Shown here: piece after piece, positions 38,901-52,600 of the stretch
How the letters are laid out: every line of letters begins with the position of its first letter
Numbering within the stretch: position 1 is the first letter of the stretch
Assembly (NCBI GenBank): GCA_965637545.1
Contig: OZ281494.1
Location: 6,138,001-6,202,000 of the forward strand
Direction: 5' to 3'
Length of the DNA: 64,000 bases
From: Phallusia mammillata
Taxonomy: Eukaryota
Notes under the pieces: model-generated
Told to the model about the DNA's origin: nothing
Database searches by the model: none
Seen by the model: only the letters and a program-made list of their open reading frames with translations
Translations under genes and position numbers: made by a program

Positions 38901-40580
38901 ATGCCAAAGCAAGTCGGTCTCAACCACACTTTAGATTTGTCTAGCCAAGTCTTGTCGGATGGGAATAATTGGGTCCGGCTTGATTTCTGATGGAAATAAT
39001 TGGGACCGGCGTGATTCGGTATATGAAGCCTTTAATAGGCCTGGTGTGATTTACAGAAGCGTATGCCGTGATCTCAGGTCTGTATAAACCAGCGGTTCCC
39101 AAACTGGGGTCCGCGGTCCTTTAGGGGTCCGTGAGGCAATTTTGGGGGGACCGCGAAGCGGTTGAAGTAATTCTATAATCTTATTTGGCGTCAGTTTGTG
39201 CCACTAAATAAGTTTAAATCAAAATAGAATTGAGAATCGACTGTCTCCATTGCTAAACAATGGCCTTTATTGAATGACAACTATCAAAAATGTAATTGTT
39301 CGCGCACAATCGTAATGTTTTTGTCCTGTTTGTGATGTTACTTGCTGTCTTTGGATGATTGTTATGCGCAATTTTGCATAACTAGCTAAAATCCTGCAAT
39401 CAACTTTCGTTTTTATGAAATACACATTTAAGCTTAAGGACCGCGAACCCTCGAAATAATGGCAAAGGGGCCGTTTTGAAAAAAATATGAAAAAGTTTGG
39501 GAACCACTGGTATAAACGCTTCTGATTTCATTAGCAATACACAAATAATGGTTTACCCCAAATCCCCCTGTAAAATAAATAGAAACATGTTTTTGACAAT
39601 TACGTGATCTAGCAAACGATGCCGGTAAAACTTTTTATATTTATCAACAGATGAAAAAGCTTTCCATATCAGGCAACACAATTGGAGATATTGGAACCAG
39701 TTTCATTGCAGAATGTCTTCATTGCATTGAAGACCTGGAACTCGTGGATTGTGGAGTCGAGGTGAACGGAACTCAGGAACTAACTGCAAAGATACTCGAA
39801 CTTCCAGTACCGGTAAGTGTACTTGATATCTTTTTTTCCGTTTAAATGGTCTACTCGAGTTTAGTTTAATACGCTTGGTGAATACAAAACTGATTGTTTT
39901 CATAAAGGACATTACGCAGGACATGAACAGTAGCTTAATCCAGAACCCTTCAGGCATGAAAGAACGTTTCAACATCGCTGTTGGATATTTAACTGATCAG
40001 GCGATAAATTGTTATGTAGCCGTTGTAGCTGCAGCGAGTTTGGTCAAGACTCACCAATTCTCCATTTTTTGCTTTACGTGTTTCGACTACTAGGTGATTG
40101 TGTGAGTGCAAATATGTTACAATGCTTTGTGTTACCAAACGCACTTAACTCAATTCAGTGTGCAAAAGCAGCAAGTAGGTTACTTGACATACAATCCAGT
40201 GGTAAACTTGCTGCGTGCCATAGTTTTGTGCTTGTTTCGCTTGGTACACTAAAACGGTTACCCAGCAGCCGCAAATATCTGCCAAACGTTACACATTACA
40301 TAACGCAAAAAATGAAAGCATAATTGGTGATTTAAATTGAAAAGCGATGCACCTACATCGCATTATGAATCGTTTCATCATTAAAGCTCATTGTGAGTTT
40401 TATAATCTTTTTGTTTAGCTGAAGCGTCTTGATCTTTCATGGAACCATTTGACGGACACAGGAGCGACTGTTCTTGCTTCATGCGTCCACAAAATCAGGA
40501 AACTCGAAGTTGCAAGTTGTGGGTTTACTTCTGTCGGGAGAAACGTGATTAAACGCAGACTTCGAAGTCTCAACCTGCAG
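35949..40580 (+). CDS. NACHT-LRR (NLR-like) protein; terminal exon after 40580 not resolved
   Basis: Phase-compatible exons 35949-~36066, 36161-36427, 36738-38113, 38627-38788, 39651-39812 and 40419-40580. Walker A GSAGAGKT, Walker B IIIDGLDD, sensor-1 MITFRP, CHIP motif, WHD WQEFFAS, then RI-like LRRs (LDLSGNDIGDKG, LSISGNTIGDIG, LDLSWNHLTDTG). Confidence 0.9.
38140..38600. repeat. Degenerate TG/TC-rich low-complexity tract in an NLR intron
   Basis: A-poor iterations of tgtctgtgtg/tgcttgt; produces spurious C/V/L-rich ORFs in all three plus frames. Confidence 0.8.
39090..39509. mobile_element. hAT-type MITE
   Basis: CAGCGGTTCCCAAACT...AGTTTGGGAACCACTG; TSD GTATAAAC. Confidence 0.9.
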
Positions 40581-42133
40581 GTACAATGACATATCAGCTT
40601 AAAGTACTCGTAAAGTGAAATGGTGATAAAACATAATGTGTTTGCACATCCGGGGTTGCATACTTTATTGCTATTGTACTTTGCACCGGGTTATATAGTC
40701 AGATGTCATGTGAATGTTGTAATTGATTTGTTAACAATTTCTAGGACAACTGTCAATTTTTTTGAGACCCAAAGGTTTTTTTCTAAATTTTATGCAATTT
40801 TTAGGCACGCTTTGTTGCCAAACATATTGTGATTTTTGTTACATTAAAACAATAAGTAAGCTATAATAATGCCATTCTTGCTACCAATAATTCCATGCAC
40901 TTCTTATTGCAGATTGATGCATGTAGTTTAATACTGATTTGTTTTTTGTTTAGATTTTTCGTGTGGTGTTTGAGAAAAGTGCTTCCGAATTGACATCGAG
41001 TGAAGAAGACGATTCGGACATTTAAAGAAGGAAATCATGACTACATTGAGTGCGAATTTGTGCGATGTTACATAGACTTCTGTACTTGATCGAAAAAGCT
41101 CAATAATTTTCTTGATTGTTTCCACGTTAAAACATCACCACCAGAAACTATAACGTTGTAAAACCGTGAATATTTTTTTCTGTTTTCTGAAAAATCTTTA
41201 TTCGCAACATTATTTTCTAATTTAAAATATATATATATACATTTTCTAATATAACCCAGTCAGCATTAGAAATACAAGTAATTCGTGAATAATTAAATCC
41301 CAAAACACCTTATAATAACCATTATAACCGAGCTGCACAAAACAAAAAAATGTTGTTTTGCTGGGCTTGTGTCTAGTATACCAGTGAAATTATATTACAA
41401 ATTTTACATGGTCAATTTGGAAAACATTATAGGCATCAATTTTACGCAATAAAAAGTTTGAACATCACTAAAAAGCATACGCCAGGAAAATGGATGATAT
41501 CGCTTTTCTTAGTGGTGCAAAGACCTAAATATGAAACGCTATTCCAGAGCGGGTCAGATTTCTTCTTCTGCATTTCACTTTTTATTTTTTTGTGTTTATC
41601 TGTGATATTTACAATACTGTGTGTGTAAAAGTTCAACATGCAATTCAACCAGCGTATACGGTTTCAAATATCCGTTTTTTGTGATATCCAAGACTATAAT
41701 GTCAGCAAATGAGTTGTTCACCGCGCCGTAATTGTCTGACGAAATATTTAACCCCAGTGCTGCTGCATTGAATGTCACCCCAGATTGTAATCTCAGATAA
41801 GGTCAGCCTTTAACTCTGGGTTTATCGTAAGATGCAAATGATCTGACGATATCCTTGCAAAACTGGTTTATCTATACTGGTCAAACAAGGGTTTTGGTAT
41901 AAATTCTCCCTTAAGTTATGCCACAGCCCCTAGTTGCTACTTTTCAGGGCGTAAAGAGGTTTCTAAACTTCTCTCGCTTCAAAATTGGGTAAAATACGCT
42001 CGATTATCGAACTAATTCATTATATAGACCTTAATGTTTGAAAACGTATAAGGCCTAGTTAATTTTTTTGTCCAGTATAGGGAAGTTGTAAACAATAAAG
42101 CAATTTCGGTTTTTGTCGTTAACGTTTACAAAG

Positions 42134-43099
42134 ATGAAAGTTTTGGTTCAAATCATAGCTCTTCTCAGTGTGTGCGGTTTTGCTTTTGGACAAGGTAAGG
42201 CAATCAACCAAATGGTTGACGTAAAAGATAACTCAAGAGATATGTTAAAATCCAGTTATCTAATTTACTTAATGTAAGCTTCGGATTGTAAAAATTTAAA
42301 TCTCTGAATTTACATTATTGCCTTACCCACAATAACAGTTTAAAACGTTTAAACTTGTTGTTACAACAGATATTGTGGAACGATGTTTGGAAGGTTCTTC
42401 CTCTAACGGAGTGGGAAATTTCACCGTGGCACCGTGCGATCTCTCGTCCAATGTGACTAAACTAGATTACCTTATTCTATTTGACTTACAAACTTGCATA
42501 ACCTATTGTAGCCTAAACGTTGTCGTGTAAAAAAATTTACTGTGTAGTGTCACGTAATTATCTTTGTTATAAGTATCTAAAAATAAAAAACAGCTTTTGA
42601 ATCTTAATTATTTTCTATTAAAACATTATTCAGCCTACCTAAACAACTTTGTACTTTCCAGCGCTATTCCTGTGAAACACGCATTGCTGTGAACGGCGAG
42701 AACATGTACATCGAAAGAAAATGCAAGCAGAGGATGGCTTGCCTCAATAATCAGCAAAACAACAGAAATCAGTGCTACTCTCAAGATGCCATGAGCAAAC
42801 GGGTAACTTCCAAAAAATATGAAGATTTTACTTGTGTGCACCTCAAGTCTTTTGAACTCTTTTTAACAAGCAACAAGTGTTTAAGAAAAAAGTCATTGCG
42901 AGATGGAACAATGGGCCTTACATTTCCTTAGTATTTCGAACGTCTTACTTTTGCGTTACAGGTTCGTGTTTGCTACTTCTGTTGCGATGAGGATGTGTGC
43001 AACGACTTTGACACAATTATTCCTTCGGCGTCCCCCACCGTCCCAACTCCGGACCCGATTCAAATCGACGACCTGGAAGACGATGAATTTGATGTGTAA
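42134..43099 (+). CDS. Secreted Ly6/uPAR (three-finger) domain protein with acidic tail, 4 exons
   Basis: Exons 42134-~42194, ~42370-42451, ~42661-42801 and 42962-43099. Signal peptide MKVLVQIIALLSVCGFAFG; 10 Cys ending in CYFCCDEDVCN; tail PDPIQIDDLEDDEFDV*; AATAAA follows near 43150-43190. Confidence 0.82.
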
Positions 43100-43624
43100 A
43101 TTTATTATCCGTCTCGAATTTGTGCAAATGATTAATGTTACTAAAATGTACAAATAAATCGACTTTGTGTAGATTGATCACAAAATAAAACAAAAAACTC
43201 TGCACTTTTGTAAATGACAATAAAGCAGTAAACGTTTCCCGGGGTTTTCTTTATCAACACCAAAAATGAGTGGATGGGTGGCGGTTTTTCATATCAATAC
43301 TTTTGATTTAAGAAGTCGCACTGCAAAACTTGCCATGTCTCTGTGCTGGAAGCGAAGTTTCTGATATTACTGATTTATTCGTTTTCAATGCTATTTAAGT
43401 TTTACTGTGCTTCGTTCACATATCAGTAGAAATAAAGTTAGGCCCTGGTTTTCTGACAAGTCACCCAGCTAACAATTAGACGGTCATATAACGTTATTTT
43501 TGGAGTCCGTAAAGTTACATTTACGTATTCATAAAATGTAAGTTTGATGTTGGAGTTTCCGGGGAAAAAATCAAACAAAAAACGTTAACAATATATTTGA
43601 TTTCTATGTTGGGCGGCAAAATCA

Positions 43625-46600
43625 ATGTTTACAAACAATGTGTGGAAAAGTTTTGCGGTGTCTCGAAAAACGTTTACAATGTCGTAGGTTTATAAAAGCT
43701 GAACATGAAGCGGAAGTTTAAGGTAAATTTTCTGGATATTTTATACTTTACCTTGAAAACTATTTTTTTCCTATGAAAGGCAAAATCAAACACTGTTTTA
43801 TTTATTTCAAAATTTGATTTTTGGCTACCTCTTTGCAAAGGTTTTATACACGCATCAAAAGACAAAGAAGCAAAAAGTTTGGCAGGATGGCTGGTTAACG
43901 TTGTCTTTGGATGCAAAACGAGGTTTTCTCAGTACAGAAGATAAGAGACAAATTTCAACTGTCTATTTGGAAAAGAAAGAGGTACATTTCTACATGTATC
44001 ATGTATTGGATGTATTAACTGTTTGCATGCTTTTAACGACACATCTGAGTAACTACTCCTTGACTATCATTTGATTCCTATTATTAAATGAATAATTTTG
44101 TGTGTTTGCTCTCCTTAAATTCTTAAATGACCAGCCTTGTCCCACTATCCAATAAAATGACAAGCCATATCATTTTGCCTTTCGCCAGTTACCTGCATTG
44201 TGTGATACATAAACAATATGCATCTGCAAATAAATATAATGATGATCAAGATTAACATGAACACAGTATAGTAAACATTGGTTCAACCGGACTGTCCAGA
44301 TTTGGCAGAGATCCAGGTTTTTTTTCGAATTAGACAAAGATCTGGATTAACTGAATCCGGTTTATTTGAAGTTTACTGCATCTAGTTTCTTGTTACAAAA
44401 GCAAATGTCTTGTTTGCTATCTGTGGGTTTATCAAGGTTGAATCTGGAGTGGATTTGGAAAGCGACAGATACTTGATACAAGTAGAAGAGGAAATATCTC
44501 AAGGTGACATAACTTGCAACTCCTCTCAATCAAGTCAGCCATCTACACCAAAGGTGACTGTCTAAGTTTGTTTAGCTTTAATTAAATGTCAATGGCAAAT
44601 TACTAAACAATAAATGCATTTAGTCTGTCTCGTATTTGTTGTAATGTTGGAGTGGTATTTTGGTCATTGGCTGTTTTTTTAAGCTAACTAGTTTTACGGT
44701 TTAACATAGGTTTGTAACAATTGTCTTTTCGAAAAATTAAATGAAATTGTTTTTTTTTTGCATTTGTCTTTTCTTTTTGTTTAAACAGGCTGCAGCGAAG
44801 CCAGTTTCCAAAAGTGTTTTAGCAACTCCCCCAAATGATGCAGCATTTAAAAGCAGCCAACCCTTAAAAAAGAAATTTAACATTCCAAGAAGAACTTTAC
44901 CTAAACAGCCTGTGGTGCCAGTAGTTCAAGAAAAAGAAATGGACACTGTCCAGGTAATATATGTATACGTTTATACTTGCCATTTTCAATATATTACCGT
45001 TACGATATATTTCAATATATTCAGCTATCACATACAAAAGTTTATCTGCAAAAAAAAATAATATCTGGCAGAAACCAATTTGTTTAAAAATTAGCGAGTG
45101 TTTTCGTTTTGAACTCTTATTGTTTTGAACTGTACTGTAGATTGTTTGATAAATAGGCTTTGTATTGTATGACTTATTTTATTCTTTGAGATGTGACACT
45201 GTACTAGTCAGTACAAAACACTTTTTGAAAGTGATTTTATTTTACATTGGCTCATGTTATGCTAAACTTCATACATTTTTTTAAGGATCTTTCCCAAAAT
45301 GAAACAGGTGTCAGCATTTGGAGTGAAATCAAACCTAAAAATTCTGTCCCACAATCACAAAACAGGTACTTACAAGTATATACTATTGTGCCTTTTGCAA
45401 GCTAGGTCAAACAAAACATGTTCATTTTAATGTAAATTTCAATGTAAGTACAAATAAACATTTATTTTTCGCTGACCTTGTGTCTGTATCATATGATAGG
45501 GAGTATAGAAGTTGTAGATTTTAAGACTGTGATACTCTTTCGTAGGATGAATTCAACTGCTCTAGGAACAGTTCCAGATTCCACCCCAACATATCGGGGA
45601 ACACAAGATCTCCTGAATCTTTTAAGTGGTTCTGCTATACCTGACCAGGTACATGACATTTTCATGTGCTAATACCAAAATGTATTCAATTTTTTGACAG
45701 GTGGACATGCTAATTATTATACATTGTAAGACAACTACTTTACAGGGCAATGCACTTTTTTCAACTTGTTTATTTTTGTAAAGACTTTGTTGACCTATGA
45801 ATTGTGTTTTAAATCAGAAAACTGAGGAAAAGATTCCACAAGGTAATCAACAAGATTCATCATCTGCCCCATCCTTCGAATATGCAAGGTAAGACTTGTA
45901 CAAAAATATACATCGGATTGAAGAAATATTACTTAAATAAATAACTTTAGAATGGTGTATTTCCAATTCTTTGCTTGATGTGTTTTGTATTGAGCAACAT
46001 GCTTGTATGATGGCATAAGCTATTGCCTAAACTACTTAATGTTGGCAGAAACAATCAGTATATATGCCAGTTGCTTATCAGAATAGGGTAGTGTGTGTAT
46101 GTGAGGAATTAAGCCTTTGCGCTGAGAACAAAAGTCTATTAAGTTCAGTCACGCTTCCAATAGCATGAGCTATTCTGCTTTCATTGTTGCATGCGCCAAC
46201 CCTGCCACATGATTTTATATCATGGTGATTGTTGTGTTTTTATGGCTGCCCTGCTCCATTGGTCACCTGCAAAATGGAAACATGTGAAACTACACATGGG
46301 ATTAAAAGCTTGTTTTCCATTTTGCAGGTTGCCAGCTGAGATGTGCAGTTGCGAGGAAAGTGAAGAAAAGTGTTTTATACAATCACAGTCATTACCAAGT
46401 AGTTTGAATGAAGAGACAGTATCCAGTAGTTTTACCCTCTCAATGCCAAACTTAAGTGCAAAAAACAAAGATAGTCGAACAGAAAGCAATATCCAATTAG
46501 AAATTGCACAAGAAAATGTTGATGATCCATTAGAAACTAAATTAGGAACTGAAAGTAATGATAAATCACAGCTTAAAACACTGCCAGACATATTTATTGC

Positions 46601-49600
46601 TGAATCATCACAAAATCTAGATAAAGTTGACACTGATGTTCTCCATTGTTTGAATGAGCTTGTTGCTCAGGTTGAAGCTTCCTTAGAGAGGAAGGTAACT
46701 TTTAGTGATGTGCCTGATATAAAGCAAAGAATCGCAAAGAAAGTAAATGACAATGGTGTTGGATTATGTAAAGTCAGTGTCTTAATACAAGCAGAACAAG
46801 AAACGTATCAGGAGTCATCTAAAGAGTGTAATGCAGCAAATGTTGACCTTTCTGAGAGTGTTGTTTCTGGTTTGAATAACTTTGTTAAAGATTTAAAAAC
46901 AGAAGTGAAACAAAATGAAGATGGTCAGAAAGTAAAGGAATTTGCCTTTATTCACAATCAAAGTATTGAATCTAGTTCAAAAGCAGAGAATGAAATGAGT
47001 AATGCAAAGATTTCTACGGATGCGGACAGAGAAGCTGTTGTCACAAAAGATACAACAGATAGAAAAATAGAAAAGGCAGACACAACTGAACCCTTAATAA
47101 ATGATCACTTAGGTGTTGCTGTGACAAAGTGTGATTCTAGTGTTATTACTGAAATAAGTAATACTGTTGCAGAAACTGAGGCAGGTATTTATATTACAAT
47201 GCACAGTACAAAAGTTGAAGGAACGATGGATGATAGTTGCACTGTCAAGTCAAAAAATGATTTAGAATATGTGGATTCATTGTCAGCCAAAGATATTCTG
47301 TTGGATGTCAACTTGCATCAGCCTGAGTTGGCCTTAGATAATTGTGGACAAGATGAATTTGAGTTCGATTTGCCTGATTTTGATATCGGTGAAAACGATT
47401 TTCTATCAGTAGACCCCTATTTCTCTCAAAGCAAACCCACAAATGAATCATTAGCTGGAAACAGTGTGAGGGTATTAGATAACCAAAGTAGGATAGAAAA
47501 TTCCTCAGCTACTTTATCACAAGCAGAAATACAAGGGTCCCACCATGAAGAAAAGTATGGCACAAAAAACAAATCCGCACATTGTGAAAATTTTTCACAG
47601 CCTGATCGACAAACTGATCTTGGAGAAAACCTTGTGCCTGATGGCAATACTTGTGAGAAATTGAATAATACTGAAGTAGTTCTACCAAGTTCAATGTCCA
47701 ACCAAATATGTGATGACATTTTTAGTTTTTCACCTTTAAGGAGTTCCCAACTAATTGATGCTTCACTTGATATTCTTGAATCCAATCAAAGTAGTTTAGT
47801 ACCTGGAGTATCATCACTGTCAGCAAATTCCAAATCTACTGATCAGACAGTTCCATCATTGATTGATGTTTTCAATGGTGATGAAGATTTCTTATTGATG
47901 CAGTCTTGCAATGAATTACTGATGAAATCAGAACAAATGTACAAGAATGATTATGACAAGGAAGGCCTGCAAATTGGTCTAAACGACAATGCTCAAAGCA
48001 GCTCAATAAATATACGTGAATGTTTAAATAAAACTGAACACAAAAATTGTAAGCATACAGAAACCAGCAGTCCTACTAGTGGAAAAAGCGAATGTAACCA
48101 TGAAAACAATGCTTTTGATGACAAGTTACTTGGTTCCAATGAAGAAACCAATGTAGTACATGCACATTCAAGCACAGAAACTGAATGCTGTTTTAGCAAA
48201 ATGGATGAATCAACTATTGGAATGGTAGACGATGCAAAAAATGATTTAGTTTGTGACAGGTTTGTAACTAACCACAAAGATGCAGATGATTGCTTGTTGC
48301 TAAATATGGATGACTTTGCTGCAAATGAAGACCAACTGTTGATTGCAGAATGTGAAAAGTTGATTAAACAGACAAGCGAAACATTATCAGAGAAAAATAT
48401 TAAAAGCAGCACAAGTTTTCAACCTGTGTGTTCTACATCTAGTGGTGCTAGAGTTGATAAACGGTTAAAATTACCTGAACTGTATAACGGGGATGGAAAA
48501 GTTTTCGATGCAGCAGAATATTTTACCACACAAGACAGTTTAAGAGTCAGAAGTCCAGATGTGATGTTTCCTGCAGGCAATAACTCTACCCAAGATGACA
48601 TTCAGACAAGTTGCTTCTTGTCTGATAAAAATAAGTTTGGCACTCAAACACACCAACATCACAGTAGCAGCAGCAGAACAGCAATAAAATTACCTTCCAA
48701 AAGCATGGGTCGCCCTCAAATACCCAAAAGAATGCAAAATATGTGTATCAGTAAAGATAACACAGGGCAGTCTTCATATTTCGACAGTAAGAAATTTACA
48801 AATACAGTTCAAGCAGCAGAAGAAGCTGCATTCAAATCAATGGGTCTGGTTAGTGACGTTGCAACTCCAAGTAGCACATCAATAACATCATCTCCTTTAA
48901 CTACAGCTACCCATACAAAATGCTATGCAATGTCTGAAATTTGTGATGGGTTGAAGAAAACCTTTGACCAGCACCAAAAGATGATTTATAGTAGTCCATT
49001 TTTGAGGCAAGTCCATGGGCAAACTTTGCATACCAAACACCATTGCATATCCCAACGAGCCAAAAGTCCTGTTCGTCAAGGACAAACTAGTGTACAATCT
49101 CCATTAAAACATTCACATTTTGGTATGGATGCTAAAAGGCAAACTGACAATATGTTGTATAATCACAATTCATTAGAAGATGAATCAATCTTTCCTAAGA
49201 GATGCTGTCATAATTTCTTGTATGAAGACCTTGATCCTTTTTGTTTTAATGCTTACAAAAGTGATCACAAAAGCAAAGAATTTAGTCCTGTTCCAAAAAG
49301 ACAGAAGTCTGTGTTTTGGAATGAACATTACTCCCAAACACAAGATATGTTTGAAAGCAGAGACAGTCATTTAACAAGGCACAACTCTGAAGTATGGTTT
49401 CCATTCAGGTTGGAAACAGAAAGTATTGAATTGCATGAAAATTCTGTACAACCTGATAATAAAATTAAAGAAGGTAACTTTTTCACAGGCAGTTCAGAAC
49501 ATGAATTTCAATTTTCCTCACAACGTCCATCAATACCTCATGAGTTGTTTTCTCAGAAATGTTTTTCACCACCAATGTCCAGCATCTCACTAAGTCCGTC

Positions 49601-52600
49601 AAAATCTGACATGACCTTCGACCCAGATGAGACCCAGACAAAGTGGGGAAAGTACCTAAATGATGAACAGTATGTACCTAGGCAGAAATCACTGCGTAAA
49701 AAATGGATTGATGAAATGGTGGAGCTTGAAAAGTCATCAGGATTTTGGTCAAACTTTAGCCAAATTTCTCAGAAACATATGCAGCGTGGGAATGTTGTGT
49801 ATGGCAATGATTCAAGTTTGAGATTTAGTGCATTCAACAATGTTGAAAGACATGAAGAACAATGTTATGAGAGACAAGGGGTCAAAAGCATTTGGAATGA
49901 ATTTTGTGACAATGAACATGATGAAGAAAATTTCGACATGCGATGGTTTTAATAATTTACTGTGGTGTATAGCAAGCTGAACTGATTTATTTATTTATTT
50001 ATTCTTGCTTATTAAATGCAAAGAGAATATGTTTCCATGTATTTTGTTGTTGTTTGCTTTATATTTTTGAAAACTTGTTTAAGACTAAAAAATTTTTGTT
50101 TCTATATATTTTAGTTGATGTGTCATTTGTTAAAGAATAGTATTAGTTAAAAAACACATGTTGTTTTGTACTTAGTGTTACAAGATGTAGTAATCTTTTT
50201 TAAAGCTTTTTTTACTGAAAAGTTAACTTGATGTTACATTTATCAGCAAACTACAAAAAAGGTAAAACTAAACTGACATCAGTCGGTATTGCTACTTTTA
50301 CAACACATTTTACAATATATTGTTTTTTGCATTTCTAGAAAGCAACATCTTTTCAACCGAAGCTACAACTCCGAACATTTATCTACTGACAGGCTGATCT
50401 CTATTCCTGATTCCATACAGGTACAAAAATATGCTTTTGAGACAAAGAACCTAACTGACCAAAATTACAAAACTTATTGCATGACAAATAAGGTGAAAAA
50501 TATACAGCAGAAAATTTGCACCAGTTTTGGCACAGATAGGTACCAAGCCATAAACATATCTAGGAAAACATTGGTCTAATCTCATGTATATAAAAACAAT
50601 TGTTGGTGGCATTGTTATGTGTCAAAACATTTCAGTCATAAGATGAAGATGGCTGGCTTTATGCTGGTTTATCAGTATCCCGGATTGAACTTCCACTTTC
50701 TTTATATGAAACAGCTATTCGAATGTTTTACATTATAATTACTGTTGTTTTTTCTCACAGGTGCGTATCAGAAAGGAAATATTTTTTCCATCAGCAGCAG
50801 ACCTTGAAGTCAGTCATGGTTTTATCCCAACATCCACAGCATCAGTTCCTGTCTCATATGAAAGTGTTGATGAATATGTTCAAATATGGACTGGAATCAT
50901 TAATGGTACAATACAGTACTTAAATGTTACCATCACAGTTGGTATTTTAATTCAACACAAAACTGTTTGAAAGGTTGCACAAAGTAAACTCATAGTAACA
51001 CAGACATTTCAGAAATGGATGCTCCTTACACACAAATTTTTTGACAATTTTGTTTGTGATTAATCTACTTTTTAAATGAGTGTGTATTGATGCCTTTTTC
51101 TATTTGTGAGTTATTACCGGCAGTGGAAATCATTTGGATTTTATTTATATTGATATTTTTGTTGTTGTATTGTTGTGAAGTTTGTTCATACAGAGGCAAT
51201 CAATATCATTTTGTGGAGGAAATCATCAGAGTATCACAAGTTGATGAGAAATGCTGACATCAGCACTTTGGTATTAAAACAACCTGAACTAAAATATTTT
51301 GATTGTGGAAAATCTTATGAAATGGAAAATGTGTCTTTTGTTTTGCCTGAAATTGCTGGGACAAACAAACTTACAGATGATGAGGTAAATCATGCTTTAA
51401 AATAAATTTCAAAAGTCCAAATTGATGCTTAACTAAACTATGAGTGTGCAACCCTTGTCACTGTGAAGCCAAATACAATTGCCAAGATTAGATCACAAGC
51501 CACACCTTTATGTAACACAAGGTGATTTTACTTTGTTTCATACCAAATCTGCATAACTACAAGTAAAATTAGCATTTTGTTCGAGCCACATTTTGCCAGG
51601 TTGCAGAAAACTAGCATCAGGCGCATTAATCTGCTCAAAAATATAGAAAAACTGGACTCGTTTGCCAGTACATTTAAAACCCAAGCATCTCTGCATCCCG
51701 CATTTGGCTTGCGGGTTGCAGGTTGCACACCCCAGCTTCTAACTTTATTTTACACTTTTTTATCGCCACTGATGTACTCTGTCCAACAATGAAAACAAAT
51801 GTTTACTTTTCCATTTACTGTAATTAAAATCCATTCGTTAAACTAAATTGTCAGTCTTATTATTTTATCTTGTTTTATTAACAACAGATTTTTTACCCCA
51901 TCATATACAGGTAGCAGACATGGACCCTCCTTATTGTGAACATGAAGCTCCATGTAAAGTGGCACGAGTTCGTAAGGAAGGTCCAAACACTGGTAGGCTG
52001 TTCTATGCTTGTCGAAAGGGGAAAAGAAGATGCAAGGTGAAACCAATTTGCCTAATAGTTATTCAATAAAATGTGTTTGCTTTCTAATGCTTATATCAAA
52101 ACAAAATCAAAAATATTGCTTTAAGAAAGCTAAACCAATAAAAAAATTACACAAAAGTATTTTAATGCTATTTAAAAAAAAGATATTTATAAAATAAAAC
52201 GAATAACAATTGTTTTACTGTACACAGCCAATACATTTTTCTAACATAATACTAGCCCTTGTGACAATTTGCAGTTTTATTGTGACAAGTAGAAAAAGAA
52301 TTTACAGTAAAAGCTTTTTATTATTTACTAAGATAAAATGACTGACACAACAAAATGAATAGAATTTGACAAAGAGAGATTTTTTTTAGTTTTTCCAGTG
52401 GGTTGACGAAGCTGTTCTTAAGCAAAAGGGAAAAACTGAACAGGAGTGTCCTCCAGCGGAAGAAAATATTGTAAAAATCAACAACACAAGGGCTCTGACG
52501 AGTTACTTGAACAGGAATAAAGTTAATTTGTTTGTAGGATGTCAAATTGAAAGGTAAATTAAACTCAAGTTTATAGAGCTCTTCTGGCAAATGTATTTTT

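Noticed and set aside
43225-43260. Fifth hammerhead-like motif (minus strand, TTGATAA...GGAAACGTTT)
   Set aside because: The core is too degenerate and there is no convincing stem II.
46191-46327. MRQPCHM... start of a stand-alone 1253-aa gene
   Set aside because: This part is intronic; the exon begins at the TTTGCAG acceptor (46328), in phase with the preceding ZGRF1 exon.
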